From assembly GCA_963640995.1 (NCBI GenBank), contig CAVICI010000003.1, positions 6,754-70,753 on the forward strand: a stretch of 64,000 nucleotides of DNA. The letters run 5' to 3'. This document shows, one piece after another, positions 27,499-37,610 of the stretch (within the stretch, counting starts at the first letter, position 1; each line of letters opens with the position of its first letter). The stretch comes from Dialister hominis (GTDB taxonomy: Archaea; Thermoplasmatota; Thermoplasmata; Methanomassiliicoccales; Methanomethylophilaceae). Position numbers and translations under genes: made by a program. The notes under the pieces were generated by a model that saw nothing but the letters and a program-made list of their open reading frames with translations, did not search any database and was not told the origin of the DNA.

Positions 27499-28817
27499 GC
27501 GGAACGGAGTTCCTTCATGTGGTCCACCCTGCGCTGGACCAGCGCGCGGGTGCCGATGTCGTGGCGGACGGCCATCGCATCGCATCTGACGGACTTCAGC
27601 GCGGCTTCGCAGCCGGCCTCGGCCTCTTCCAGGGTGTCGGCGATGCCGACGATCCCCAGGGACCTGGATGTCCCGGTGACGAGCTTCCCGTCTTTCATGT
27701 CCACGTTGGCGTAGTAGACTACGGCTCCCGCCTTGCGGACAGCTTCCTCGTCCACGGAGATCTCGTGCCCGGCCTCGGACTTGGTGCCATAGCCTCTGGG
27801 CACCACGTATTTGCATACCGTGGCCTTCTTGGCGAACACGGCATCCCCGTCGAGCGTTCCGGAGGCCATCTTCATGCAGATGTCCTCGAAGCTGCTCTCC
27901 AGGATCGACAGAACGTTCATGGCCTCCGGGTCCCCGAACCTGGCGTTGATCTCGATGATCTTCGGGCCGTTCACGGTAAGCATGAACTGGCCGTACATCG
28001 TCCCGTGATAGGGGCATCCCTCTTCGGCCATCGCATCGACGATCTGCTGGAGGATGGCCAATGCATCCTTCCTCTCGGACGCGTTGATGAACGGGAGCAG
28101 GTGGTCGGCATCGGTGTACGACCCCATCCCGCCGGTGTTGGGGCCCACATCGCCTTCGTAGGCGCGCTTGTGGTCCTGCACAAGGGGCAGGGGGACGATA
28201 TGCTTCCCGTCGACGAAGACCATCTGGGTGAACTCCTCGCCCACGGCCTTCTCTTCGAGGATGACTCCTGCGCCGCCGATGTTGTTGTCGAAGATCTCGC
28301 GGATGTACTCCATGGTGTCCTCGAAGGAATGGAGATGCTCCCCCTGGACCTTCACGCCCTTCCCGCCTGTGAGCCCCACGGGCTTCACGACGATCTCGTG
28401 GTCGACGGTCTTCAGATAGGCTTCGGCATCCTCGGCGTTGTCGAAGTGGGCGAACCCCAGGTTCCCGCCGATGCCGTGCTTGTCGACCAGCTCCCTCATG
28501 AACGTCTTGGAGGTCTCGATCCTGGCAGCCGCCTTGGTAGGCGCGGCGCACTTGACGCCGATGGCTTCCAGCGCATCTACGATCCCTGCCTCGAGGGGAG
28601 CTTCCGGGCCGATGAAGGCCAGCTCGACCCCTTTCTCCTTGGCGTATGCGCAGACGCGGCCTATGTCCTTCTCGTCGCAGAGCAGGTGGTCCTTGGACCT
28701 CGAGATGATCCCGGGATTGGCGTTCTTCATAACAGAGTATATCTCGGAACCGGAGCGGAACAGCGCTTCCACAGCGGCATGCTCCCTTCCGCCTCCTCCT
28801 ACGGCGAGGACCTTCAT
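27495..28817 (-). CDS. purD: Phosphoribosylamine--glycine ligase
   Basis: GGGGREHA, GPEAPL, QDHKRAYEGDVGPNTGGMG and NARFGDPE motifs. Confidence 0.96.
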   Translation of the reverse strand: MKVLAVGGGGREHAAVEALFRSGSEIYSVMKNANPGIISRSKDHLLCDEKDIGRVCAYAKEKGVELAFIGPEAPLEAGIVDALEAIGVKCAAPTKAAARIETSKTFMRELVDKHGIGGNLGFAHFDNAEDAEAYLKTVDHEIVVKPVGLTGGKGVKVQGEHLHSFEDTMEYIREIFDNNIGGAGVILEEKAVGEEFTQMVFVDGKHIVPLPLVQDHKRAYEGDVGPNTGGMGSYTDADHLLPFINASERKDALAILQQIVDAMAEEGCPYHGTMYGQFMLTVNGPKIIEINARFGDPEAMNVLSILESSFEDICMKMASGTLDGDAVFAKKATVCKYVVPRGYGTKSEAGHEISVDEEAVRKAGAVVYYANVDMKDGKLVTGTSRSLGIVGIADTLEEAEAGCEAALKSVRCDAMAVRHDIGTRALVQRRVDHMKELRSA

Positions 28818-28827
28818 GTTGGCACCT

Positions 28828-29478
28828 TCAGAGCTTCAGGGCAGCGAGGATCTCGTCGAGCCCCTGGTCTTTCTTGACGCTGCACTTATAGATGTTCTTT
28901 ATGCCGCCGGTGAGCTTGTTGTAGTCCTTGGCGATGATCTCGGGATCCACATCGACAGCGTCGGCGATGTCCACCTTGTTCAGGACGGCCACGTCGGAGT
29001 GGATGAAGATGTCATGGTGCTTCCTGACCATGTCGTCTCCCTCGGTGGTGGACACGACCACCACCCTGTAGTCGGTCCCCAGGGGGAAGTCCGCGGGGCA
29101 GACCAGGTTCCCGACGTTCTCGATGAATATCACATCATAATCGTCCAGGTTGATGGATGCCAGGGTCTTCTTGATGAGGTTGGCGTCCAGGTGGCACTCG
29201 TGGCCGGTGTTGCAGTTCACGGCGTCCAGGCCGGACTTCTCGAACCTGGTGTAGTCGTCGGCGCCGGTGACGTCGCCCGCGATGGCGCAGACGCGGACGC
29301 CCTTCGCCCTGAGCTTCTCTGCGAGCTTGATGATGAGCGCGGTCTTCCCGGCTCCGATGGAGCCCATGAAGTCGACCGACCTGATCCCCTTGCTCTTCAT
29401 GAGGCGGTAGTTCTCGTGGGCGATCTTGTTGTTCTCTTTGAGGACGTCTATCTCCATTCCGGGCTGGACTATGTGCAT
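28828..29478 (-). CDS. hypB: Hydrogenase nickel incorporation GTPase
   Basis: GSIGAGKT, CHLDA, ENVGNLVCPA and NKVD motifs. Confidence 0.94.
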   Translation of the reverse strand: MHIVQPGMEIDVLKENNKIAHENYRLMKSKGIRSVDFMGSIGAGKTALIIKLAEKLRAKGVRVCAIAGDVTGADDYTRFEKSGLDAVNCNTGHECHLDANLIKKTLASINLDDYDVIFIENVGNLVCPADFPLGTDYRVVVVSTTEGDDMVRKHHDIFIHSDVAVLNKVDIADAVDVDPEIIAKDYNKLTGGIKNIYKCSVKKDQGLDEILAALKL

Positions 29479-29573
29479 GCCCGCTGGAATCCCGTGCATA
29501 CTAATAATGTTGTCCGTGCTACCCGCCCGCTTGAGACGGGGCGGAAGCATGATATCCCACTGTCATTGTTAAT

Positions 29574-30740
29574 ATGAGCATGAACTGCAAGCTGATGCAT
29601 CGCGATGAGGAAGTGGCTTCTCTGATTCTCGACGACCATCAGGGAAGCATATTCGATGTCGTATCAGTGCGTAGCACGGATTTGCTCCCGACAGGAACTG
29701 CCCCCAGGGGAGACATCGATGTAAAGCGTCTCAAGGAATGGTGGTCATCCAGGACCATTCCGACGAGCCGTTCAGGACTGAGATTCCTTCTGGACAGTCT
29801 CGATATGGAAATCACCACTGAGCTTGCAGCCAAGTCGATGGGCCTCAGTCTGACAGATCAGTATTGGATGAAGCCTGAGGGTGCTGCTGTATCCTGGGAT
29901 TCGGTGAACTTCTTTGACAATGAGTTCTCGGATGATGTCGGAGATCTGCTATTCGGACTCGAGATCCGGAGAGGCGAATGGGACCTGGTTTCGCCCGATA
30001 CCACTTCGGACGGCGTCCTGAAGAAGAGATGGAAGATCCTCGACGGCAATCGCTGCCTCATCAAGGCGGGCGAGGCGCCGTACCTCCAGGAGCCGTTCAA
30101 TGAAGCCGCTGCGGCGATGATCGCCGATTCGATGGGGATCGACCATGTGGAGTACTCGCTGATCGAGTACGAGGGCGCACCCTGCAGCGTCTGCAAGAAC
30201 ATGATCGACGGGACGGACGAGCTCATATCGGCGCATCAGGCAGCACGCTCGGAGATCCAAGAGCCGGGCGTGCCTCTGTACGACCATCTTGTCGCATGCT
30301 GCTCGCATCACGGCTTGGACATCGTCAAGGATCTGGACAGGATGATCGTGTTCGACTACCTCATCGGCAACATGGACCGTCATCTCAACAATTTCGGCAT
30401 CATACGTGATGCGACGACCCTGGAGTGGAAGCGCTTCGCCCCGCTGTACGACAACGGGACGAGCATGGGCTGCGACTGCTATCCCGACAGGCTGATGTCG
30501 GACGCGGGCCTGGATGCGAAACCGTTCAGCCCCTACTTCCCGAGGCAGATGGAGCTCGTCCGCGACACAAGGTGGATCGACATGGGTGCTATCCGTAAGG
30601 GAATCGGCAGGGCATCGAAGGTGTTCGATGCCGTCCAGCGGTACCGCGAGGACGGCCGCGCCGATGCCGTCCGCGGGTTCCTGATGTCCCGCGCGGACGA
30701 CATCGAGGCATGGATCGAGAGGCGCAGTGGAAACGCTTAA
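29574..30740 (+). CDS. HipA-like kinase-domain protein
   Basis: DGVLKKRW, FDYLIGNMDRHLNNFG and APLYDNG motifs. Confidence 0.8.
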   Translation: MSMNCKLMHRDEEVASLILDDHQGSIFDVVSVRSTDLLPTGTAPRGDIDVKRLKEWWSSRTIPTSRSGLRFLLDSLDMEITTELAAKSMGLSLTDQYWMKPEGAAVSWDSVNFFDNEFSDDVGDLLFGLEIRRGEWDLVSPDTTSDGVLKKRWKILDGNRCLIKAGEAPYLQEPFNEAAAAMIADSMGIDHVEYSLIEYEGAPCSVCKNMIDGTDELISAHQAARSEIQEPGVPLYDHLVACCSHHGLDIVKDLDRMIVFDYLIGNMDRHLNNFGIIRDATTLEWKRFAPLYDNGTSMGCDCYPDRLMSDAGLDAKPFSPYFPRQMELVRDTRWIDMGAIRKGIGRASKVFDAVQRYREDGRADAVRGFLMSRADDIEAWIERRSGNA

Positions 30741-30741
30741 C

Positions 30742-30786
30742 TCTGAATCCGTGTGAATCCACACGTTCCTTAAATCTGAATCCGTG
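30742..30786 (+). repeat. Two copies of TCTGAATCCGTG, 33 bp apart
   Basis: Copies at 30742 and 30775; same core and period as the array at 5736; TTTATATA box at 30791. Confidence 0.85.
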
Positions 30787-30824
30787 ATTATTTATATACT
30801 CCAGACGTTCAGGTCATCATTACG

Positions 30825-32195
30825 ATGTAGCTCCGCAGGAAGGCATACGACAAGCTCCTCCGCTGGAAAGAGGAGAGCGCCGGGGCATCGGCGATGCTGA
30901 TCAACGGCGCGAGGCGCGTGGGCAAGAGCTATCTGGCCGAGGAGTTCGCCAGGAACGAGTACCGCGATCACGTCGTCATCGACTTCTCCAACACGAGCGA
31001 CAGCATCAGGGCGGTGTTCGACGGGTACAACGGCGACATCTCCGATTTCCTGAGCGCATTGTCCACGGCGGTCGGCAGGACGCTGCCTGTCCGCGAGTCG
31101 GTCATTGTCTTCGACGAGGTCCAGCAGTGCCCTCGCGCCAGGCAGATGATCAAGCATCTGGTGAATGACGGCAGGTATGACTACATCGAGACCGGCTCGC
31201 TGATGTCCATAAAGTCGAACATAGCGGACATTGTGATCCCTTCCGAGGAGGATGACCTGCACCTCTTTCCTCTGGATTTCGAGGAGTTCCTGTGGGCCAT
31301 GGGCAAGGACGCGACAGTCCCGTACCTGAGGGAATGCCTGGAGCAGCTCCATCCGGTCGGAGATGCGATGCACAGGACGGTCATGGGGCTGTTCAGGAAG
31401 TACATGCTCGTCGGAGGGATGCCGCAGGCTGTCGCAGAGTTCGCGGAGACGGGGAGCTTCGAGAAGGCGGAGGCCGTCAAGCGCAGGATCCTGGCAGTCT
31501 ATCGCAAGGACATCGCCAGGTTCGCCAAGGGATACGAGATGAGAGTCACAGGGATATTCGACAGGATCCCTTCGGAGCTGAACCGCAAAGAGAAGAAGTT
31601 CCGCATAACCAGCATCGGCAAGAACGCCCGCAACAGGGACTTCGAGGACGCGTTCATGTGGCTGGACGACGCGATGATCGTGAACCCGTGCGTGAACGCC
31701 ACCGATCCCCGCATGGGGCTGTCCATGAGCCTGGACCTGGCCAGGCAGAAGCTGTACATGGCCGACACGGGGCTGCTGGTGACTCAGTGCCTCGAGGACG
31801 ACGAGATGACGGGGGAAGAGATCTACAAGTCCCTGCTCCTCGGAAAGCTGGGGATAAACGAGGGGATGTTCGCAGAGAACGCGGTGGCCCAATGCTTCGT
31901 GGCCAACGGCCGCAGGCTGTTCTTCTACTCCCGCAGCCCCTCGGCCGGCCAGGAGAGCGGTTCCGGGGAGGAAGCCTGGGAATCGTCGATCGAGATAGAC
32001 TTCCTCATACGCTCGGAGCGGAAGATCTGCCCTGTGGAGGTGAAGGTCTCCGACCGTGTGAGGCACGATTCCCTGGACAGGTTAAGGGAGAGGTTCGGGA
32101 AGGCGCTGGGGCAGCCATACATCCTGTGCACGAAGGACGTAGGCACGGAGGACGGGATCGTCTATCTTCCGCTGTACATGGCCGCCGTGCTCTGA
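30825..32195 (+). CDS. AAA_14/DUF4143-type ATPase (subfamily A); in-frame TAG at codon 2 (pyrrolysine read-through, nonsense allele, or internal start at 30894)
   Basis: ATG TAG CTC CGC AGG AAG GCA TAC aligns with ELKRKAY of the 5953 paralog; GARRVGKS, FDEVQ, EIDF...PVEVK. Confidence 0.8.
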
Positions 32196-32259
32196 CTCCT
32201 CGCGCACGCGCTTTAAGAAACCGTGATAAACCACCGCTCCATACGCGATTCCGACAAGC

Positions 32260-33558
32260 ATGAGCTATTCCGAATCGCTTTCAAAGACCCTCGCGGACAT
32301 TGGAGCCAGCGAAGGTGCAAGGATTTCTGTCGAGAAGGACGGCAGGTCTTTCGTGGGCACACTCATGTCCCATCATGAGTTCAGCGCGCCGGACGTCCTG
32401 ATCCTGAAGATGAAATCCGGGTACAACGTGGGCGTGAAGATCACAGGCTCCGCGAAGGTGGCCCTGCTGGAGGCCCCTGCGGTGAAGGTCAGGAAGGAGT
32501 CAGAGGTCGAGCCCAAGAAGGGGCTCCCCAGGATCGTCCTCATCGGGACCGGGGGGACCATCGCGTCCTATGTGGACTACAGGACCGGAGCGGTCCACCC
32601 CGCCCTGTCCACCTCGGACATGGTCAACGCCGTTCCAGAGATCAGGGACCTGGCGAACATCGATGCCCGCGTCCTGTTCTCGATCTTCTCGGAGAACATG
32701 AACGTGGAGCACTGGCAGAAGCTGGCCGAGGCCGTTGCGGATGAGATCAACAACGGCGCTGACGCCGTCATCATCCCCCACGGGACCGACACCATGGGAT
32801 ACACCGCCGCCGCCCTGTCCTTCATGCTCGGCGATGTCCCGAAGCCTGTCGTCCTGGTCGGGGCCCAGAGGTCCTCCGACCGCCCGTCCTCCGATGCCAG
32901 CACCAACCTGATGGCATGCGCCAGGTTCTGCACCAAGGCGGACCGCGCCGGAGTGTACGTGGTGATGCACGACACGTCCGGGGACGATTCCTTCGCGGTC
33001 CACTTCGGGACCCGCGTGAGGAAGATGCACACCTCCGAGAGGTCCGCGTTCCACAGCATCAACTGCGCCCCCGTTGCCCATCTGGACAAGGACGGGAAGA
33101 TGGAGGTCGCCACGGACGGGCCCAAGGTCTCCGGCGGGAAGGCCGTCGCCAGGACCGGCATGGAGAAGGCATGCGTCCTGCTCCAGTACTATCCCGGCAT
33201 GGACCCCGTCCTGTTCGAGGACATATTCATGAAGTCCAAGGGAGTGGTCATCGCCGGTTCCGGGCTCGGGCACGTGAGCGAGGGCATGATCCCCCTGCTG
33301 AAGAAGGCCTGCGACAACGGTACCGTCGTGGTCATGACCAGCCAGTGCCTCAACGGCAGGACCAATCTCAACGTGTACAACACCGGAAGGGACATGCAGT
33401 CCGCCGGTGCCATAACGGTCTTGGACATGCTCCCGGAGACCGCATACGTGAAACTCATGTGGGCCCTGGCCAACACGGGGTCCGCGGAAGAGGCGAAGAA
33501 GCTGATGCAGACGCCTGTCTGCAACGAGATGTCCGACAGGAGGCTCCTCGATGAGTGA
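32260..33558 (+). CDS. gatD: Glutamyl-tRNA(Gln) amidotransferase subunit D
   Basis: TGGTIAS, HGTDT and GAQRSSDRPSSD motifs. Confidence 0.96.
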   Translation: MSYSESLSKTLADIGASEGARISVEKDGRSFVGTLMSHHEFSAPDVLILKMKSGYNVGVKITGSAKVALLEAPAVKVRKESEVEPKKGLPRIVLIGTGGTIASYVDYRTGAVHPALSTSDMVNAVPEIRDLANIDARVLFSIFSENMNVEHWQKLAEAVADEINNGADAVIIPHGTDTMGYTAAALSFMLGDVPKPVVLVGAQRSSDRPSSDASTNLMACARFCTKADRAGVYVVMHDTSGDDSFAVHFGTRVRKMHTSERSAFHSINCAPVAHLDKDGKMEVATDGPKVSGGKAVARTGMEKACVLLQYYPGMDPVLFEDIFMKSKGVVIAGSGLGHVSEGMIPLLKKACDNGTVVVMTSQCLNGRTNLNVYNTGRDMQSAGAITVLDMLPETAYVKLMWALANTGSAEEAKKLMQTPVCNEMSDRRLLDE

Positions 33559-35419
33559 AGATTACGAGATGATGTGCGGCATCGAGATCCACCAGCAGCT
33601 GGACACCAAGAAGCTGTTCTGCGACTGCGAGAGCCGCCTGTGCGATGAAGGGGAGGGGGCCGTCTACAGGAGGCTCAGGCCCACCACCTCCGAGATGGGG
33701 GAGATCGACCGTGCCGCCCTGGCCCAGTTCCAGAGGCACATGGGCTACAGGTACCAGTGCTGCAAGGGCACCAGCTGCCTTGTGGAGCTGGACGAGGAGC
33801 CCCCGCACGACGTCAACGCCGATGCGCTGGCGATCTCGCTGACCTTCTCCGAGATGCTCCACGCCAACGTGATCGATGAGATCCATTTCATGAGGAAGAT
33901 CGTCGTGGACGGATCGAATACGTCCGGTTTCCAGAGGACCGCTCTGGTCGCGACCGACGGGTACGTCGAGGTCGGGGACAGGAAGATCTCCATCCTCTCC
34001 GTGTGCCTGGAGGAGGACGCGGCGAGGAAGGTGGAGACCAAAGGAGACGAGATCCTCTACAGGCTCGACCGCCTGGGGATACCGCTGATAGAGGTGGCCA
34101 CCGGCCCCGACATGAGGACTCCGGAAGAGGTCATGGAGGTCGCATACAGGCTCGGCACGCTCCTCAGGGCCACCCGCAGGGTGAAGAGGGGGATCGGGAC
34201 CATCCGCCAGGACCTGAACATCTCGATCCCGGGCGGGGCCCGCATCGAGCTGAAGGGGGTCGGGGACCTGAAGCTGATCCCGGACTACGTGAGGAACGAG
34301 GTCAGCAGGCAGAAGATGCTCATCAGGATCAAAGGCATCCTGAACGGCAGGGGCACCGCCGCCGCGCCGTTCGATCCCGTGGACGTCACCGATGTGTTCA
34401 AGGACTGCCAGTCCAAGGTCGTCAGGGGGGCGCTGGATGACAAGGGCAAGGTCATCGCCGTCCGCCTGCCGGGGTTCGCAGGCGTGATGAACGGCGATGA
34501 TAAGTCTCTGAGGCTCGGCTCCGAGATGGCCCAGAGGGCCAGGACCCGCGGCGTCAAAGGCATATTCCATTCCGACGAGCTCCCGAACTACGGGATAGAG
34601 CAGGGGACTGTGGACGCGCTCAAGTCGTTCCTCGGGATGACCGGGGAGCTCGATGCGTTCGTGATCTGCGCCGCCAAAGAGAAGAAGGCCCTGGACGCGC
34701 TGGAAGCAGCCGTAGCAAGGGCCAATGAGGCGCTCGAAGGGGTGCCTGAGGAGACCCGCGACCCGCTGCCGGACGGGACCACGAAGTACTCCAGGCCTTT
34801 GCCGGGGGCTGCGAGGATGTATCCCGAGACCGATGTGCCTCCCACGGAGATCACCGAGGAGAGGCTGAAGGCCATCAGGGAGAACATGCCCGAGTTCCCG
34901 GAGCAGATAGAGAAGCGCCTCATGGAGCAGTACGGCATCAACGCCCAGCAGGCCAGGCAGATCGTCAGGCAGAGCAACGACGAGCTCTTCGAGAGGATCG
35001 CCAGGGACCCGGCCATGGCGCCGGTGGCGGCCACGATGTTCCTGAACACCTACGGCGAGCTGGAGCATGACGGCATCGACGTGCATGCGTTCACTGACGA
35101 TGCCATCCTCGGAGCGTTCGCGATGCTGAAGGAGGGCAGGTTCGCCAAGGAGGCAATGCCCGCCCTGCTGAGGGAGATGGCCGTGGGGACTCCTGCGGAA
35201 GAGGCGATCAAGAAGCTGGGGCTCGAAGCGGTGGATGCCGGAGAAGCCGCCGCGATCATCGAGGGCATCGTCAACGAGCGCGCGGACTTCGTGAGGTCCA
35301 AAGGCATGGGCGCCATCGGCCCGCTGATGGGCCCCGTCATGGGCGCGCTCCGCGGGAAGATCGACGGGAAGCAGGCCAACGAGCTTCTGTCCGCCGCGAT
35401 TAAGAAACTAATCGGGTGA
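33551..35419 (+). CDS. gatE: Glutamyl-tRNA(Gln) amidotransferase subunit E
   Basis: GIEIHQQL, DGSNTSGFQRT and RMYPETD motifs. Confidence 0.96.
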   Translation: MSEDYEMMCGIEIHQQLDTKKLFCDCESRLCDEGEGAVYRRLRPTTSEMGEIDRAALAQFQRHMGYRYQCCKGTSCLVELDEEPPHDVNADALAISLTFSEMLHANVIDEIHFMRKIVVDGSNTSGFQRTALVATDGYVEVGDRKISILSVCLEEDAARKVETKGDEILYRLDRLGIPLIEVATGPDMRTPEEVMEVAYRLGTLLRATRRVKRGIGTIRQDLNISIPGGARIELKGVGDLKLIPDYVRNEVSRQKMLIRIKGILNGRGTAAAPFDPVDVTDVFKDCQSKVVRGALDDKGKVIAVRLPGFAGVMNGDDKSLRLGSEMAQRARTRGVKGIFHSDELPNYGIEQGTVDALKSFLGMTGELDAFVICAAKEKKALDALEAAVARANEALEGVPEETRDPLPDGTTKYSRPLPGAARMYPETDVPPTEITEERLKAIRENMPEFPEQIEKRLMEQYGINAQQARQIVRQSNDELFERIARDPAMAPVAATMFLNTYGELEHDGIDVHAFTDDAILGAFAMLKEGRFAKEAMPALLREMAVGTPAEEAIKKLGLEAVDAGEAAAIIEGIVNERADFVRSKGMGAIGPLMGPVMGALRGKIDGKQANELLSAAIKKLIG

Positions 35420-35647
35420 GGCCCCGGGGCGCCCGTGAACGGGCGCCCGAGCCTCGCTCATCTTTTTCTGTATTGCGCTTCCAGAGGCTTACCGCATCCC
35501 CTGGGCTACGCCTATCGCGACGGTCCTGGCGGCCACCAGGTCCGCTTCGGCGAAGACGAGCGCGTCGACACAAACGTTGCGGGCAAGCTGTCTTTTGGCT
35601 GTCGTCTCATGCACATGATATCCAGTTTGCTCAGGGGCTCACAGGAT

Positions 35648-35920
35648 TTACAAGTCATAGACATCATCCAGAGGATTGTTCCATTCAGAAGGTAGAATCA
35701 GCCTCCCGTCGGCGGCACGACGGTCATATACGGGGATCCTGTCGATTGCCGCTTCGAAAAGTGCATCCCGATCCACATTAGATAGATTGGCAGCTGATGA
35801 TGCGATGCAATCCAGGAACATCCTTATTGCCACCTCTGTGGTCAATCCGTACTTGGCGAAAACAACGCTACAAGCGTCTGCTACTCCGGAATCGACTTCC
35901 ACCACTATCTTTGAGGCCAT
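35648..35920 (-). CDS. RelB/DinJ-like ribbon-helix-helix antitoxin (no adjacent toxin seen)
   Basis: IVVEVDSGV...VFAKYGLTTEVAIRMFL pattern with acidic tail. Confidence 0.6.
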   Translation of the reverse strand: MASKIVVEVDSGVADACSVVFAKYGLTTEVAIRMFLDCIASSAANLSNVDRDALFEAAIDRIPVYDRRAADGRLILPSEWNNPLDDVYDL

Positions 35921-36169
35921 GTTGTAGTGATGCGCATCCGATTTCAAAATAGTGGGCATAGATAGGCATAAACGTGACCTCGACAGCACAGGGTGTGGCC
36001 GTCCTGATGTTCAATTGCGTCGGAGATGCAGACTTCCTGACGTCCTCTCGGGCAAGGTCAAATAGCAGGGTGCATAGAGGTCGGTGTTTGACGTTATTAT
36101 CTTTGAAAAACGGGCATTTCTCGTTTCATAAACAAGAATAACAAGATGTTGGTATATCGTTGGAAAAAA

Positions 36170-36238
36170 AATCCTACAATTACCACATCAATAATCCTAC
36201 AATTACCACATCAATAATCCTACAATCCCCACACCATT
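36170..36238 (+). repeat. Three-unit 23-bp tandem repeat AATCCTACAATTACCACATCAAT (third copy degenerate)
   Basis: Units at 36170, 36193 and 36216; followed by TTTAAATA and TTTATATA boxes. Confidence 0.92.
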
Positions 36239-36267
36239 TAAATATTGTTTATATATACAACTATTTG

Positions 36268-37524
36268 ATGAGGTCGTATATTCCTAGGATAGTGGAGACG
36301 AGAATCGATAAGGCTCTTTCACTATTTGGAGGGGTTCTGATCGAGGGTCCGAAATGGTGTGGAAAAACTACGACTGCGAAGAGATATGCAAAGAGTGAGA
36401 TATACTTCGAAGATCCTGATGCATGGCCCGACATCGAGTCAGCGATAAAAACGAAGCCTTCTCGTATCCTCAAGGGTGCCAATCCCAGGCTGATCGATGA
36501 GTGGCAGGAATTTCCTCTTGTTTGGGATTCCGTGAGGATGGATATAGATCGCCGTGACGAGGAAGGCCTCTACATACTGACCGGTTCCACCACGATCGAT
36601 TGGACAAAAGTGCGGCACACCGGTACAGGACGTATTGCCAGGGCAAGGATGAACACGATGTCGTTGTACGAATCGGGATTATCTACAGGCGAAGTAAGGC
36701 TGGCCGATTTGTTCGATGGTCACGATATCGATGGGCTGTCATCGATCTCAATCGAAGAGATGGCAGAGATAATAGTGAGAGGCGGATGGCCCAGAGGTGC
36801 CGGCAAACCGCTGGCCGATGCGCGTCAGATCGTCAAGGACTATTGCGAATCCATAGTAAACTCGAGTAAGCTGGGTGGAAGGGTCGTAGACGGAGACATA
36901 ATGAGTCAATTGATGAGGTCATTAGCTCGGAATACCGCAACTTCGGCCGCAGATACAGTCTTGATCCAGGATATAAGTCGCAATGATGAGACACCGATGC
37001 ACATCAACACTTTGAGAAGCTACGAATCCGTTCTGCGCAATTGTTTCGTCACAGACGATCTGAAAGCATGGAGTCCCAAATTACGTTCAAAGACGGTATT
37101 GAGGCTGTCCGATACCCGTCACTTCTGCGATCCTGCAACAGCCGCATATTTTCTAGGCGCGTCGCCCAGCAGTCTCGTCGATGACCTCAACACATATGGC
37201 TACCTGTTCGAATCTCTGGTCGTCCGCGATCTCAGGATATACGCCGCGGCACTGGGCGGAGAAGTCCGCCACTACCATGATAGCTACGGCCTCGAAGCGG
37301 ATGCTGTGATCCTTCTGGACGATGGTCGCTGGGGCGCCATCGAGATCAAGCTGGGGTCAGGCTATGTGGACGATGCCGCGAAGAACCTGAGGAAGCTGGC
37401 CGAGCGCGTCGACACAGACGTCGCGGGCAAGCCGTCTTTCCTGGCCGTCGTCACATGCACCGCATACGCTTACCGCAGAGAAGACGGCGTCTACGTGGTC
37501 CCAATCGCATGCCTCAGGGACTGA
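36268..37524 (+). CDS. AAA_14/DUF4143-type ATPase (subfamily B)
   Basis: GPKWCGKTT, IDEWQ, GGWP, FESLVVRDL, EADA...WGAIEIKLG. Confidence 0.85.
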   Translation: MRSYIPRIVETRIDKALSLFGGVLIEGPKWCGKTTTAKRYAKSEIYFEDPDAWPDIESAIKTKPSRILKGANPRLIDEWQEFPLVWDSVRMDIDRRDEEGLYILTGSTTIDWTKVRHTGTGRIARARMNTMSLYESGLSTGEVRLADLFDGHDIDGLSSISIEEMAEIIVRGGWPRGAGKPLADARQIVKDYCESIVNSSKLGGRVVDGDIMSQLMRSLARNTATSAADTVLIQDISRNDETPMHINTLRSYESVLRNCFVTDDLKAWSPKLRSKTVLRLSDTRHFCDPATAAYFLGASPSSLVDDLNTYGYLFESLVVRDLRIYAAALGGEVRHYHDSYGLEADAVILLDDGRWGAIEIKLGSGYVDDAAKNLRKLAERVDTDVAGKPSFLAVVTCTAYAYRREDGVYVVPIACLRD

Positions 37525-37610
37525 ACGGGTCGTCGCATCGCGCGGTATAAGTACTCGCTAGCATAGGCAGGTTCATCAGCCGGACGTCGCACGTCCGGTA
37601 GAGGGATACC

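Noticed and set aside
36160..36267. N-terminal repeat peptides in ATPase ORFs (also 58039-58185 and 61352-61609)
   Set aside because: They are translations of the promoter repeats; TATA position and paralog alignment place the true starts downstream.
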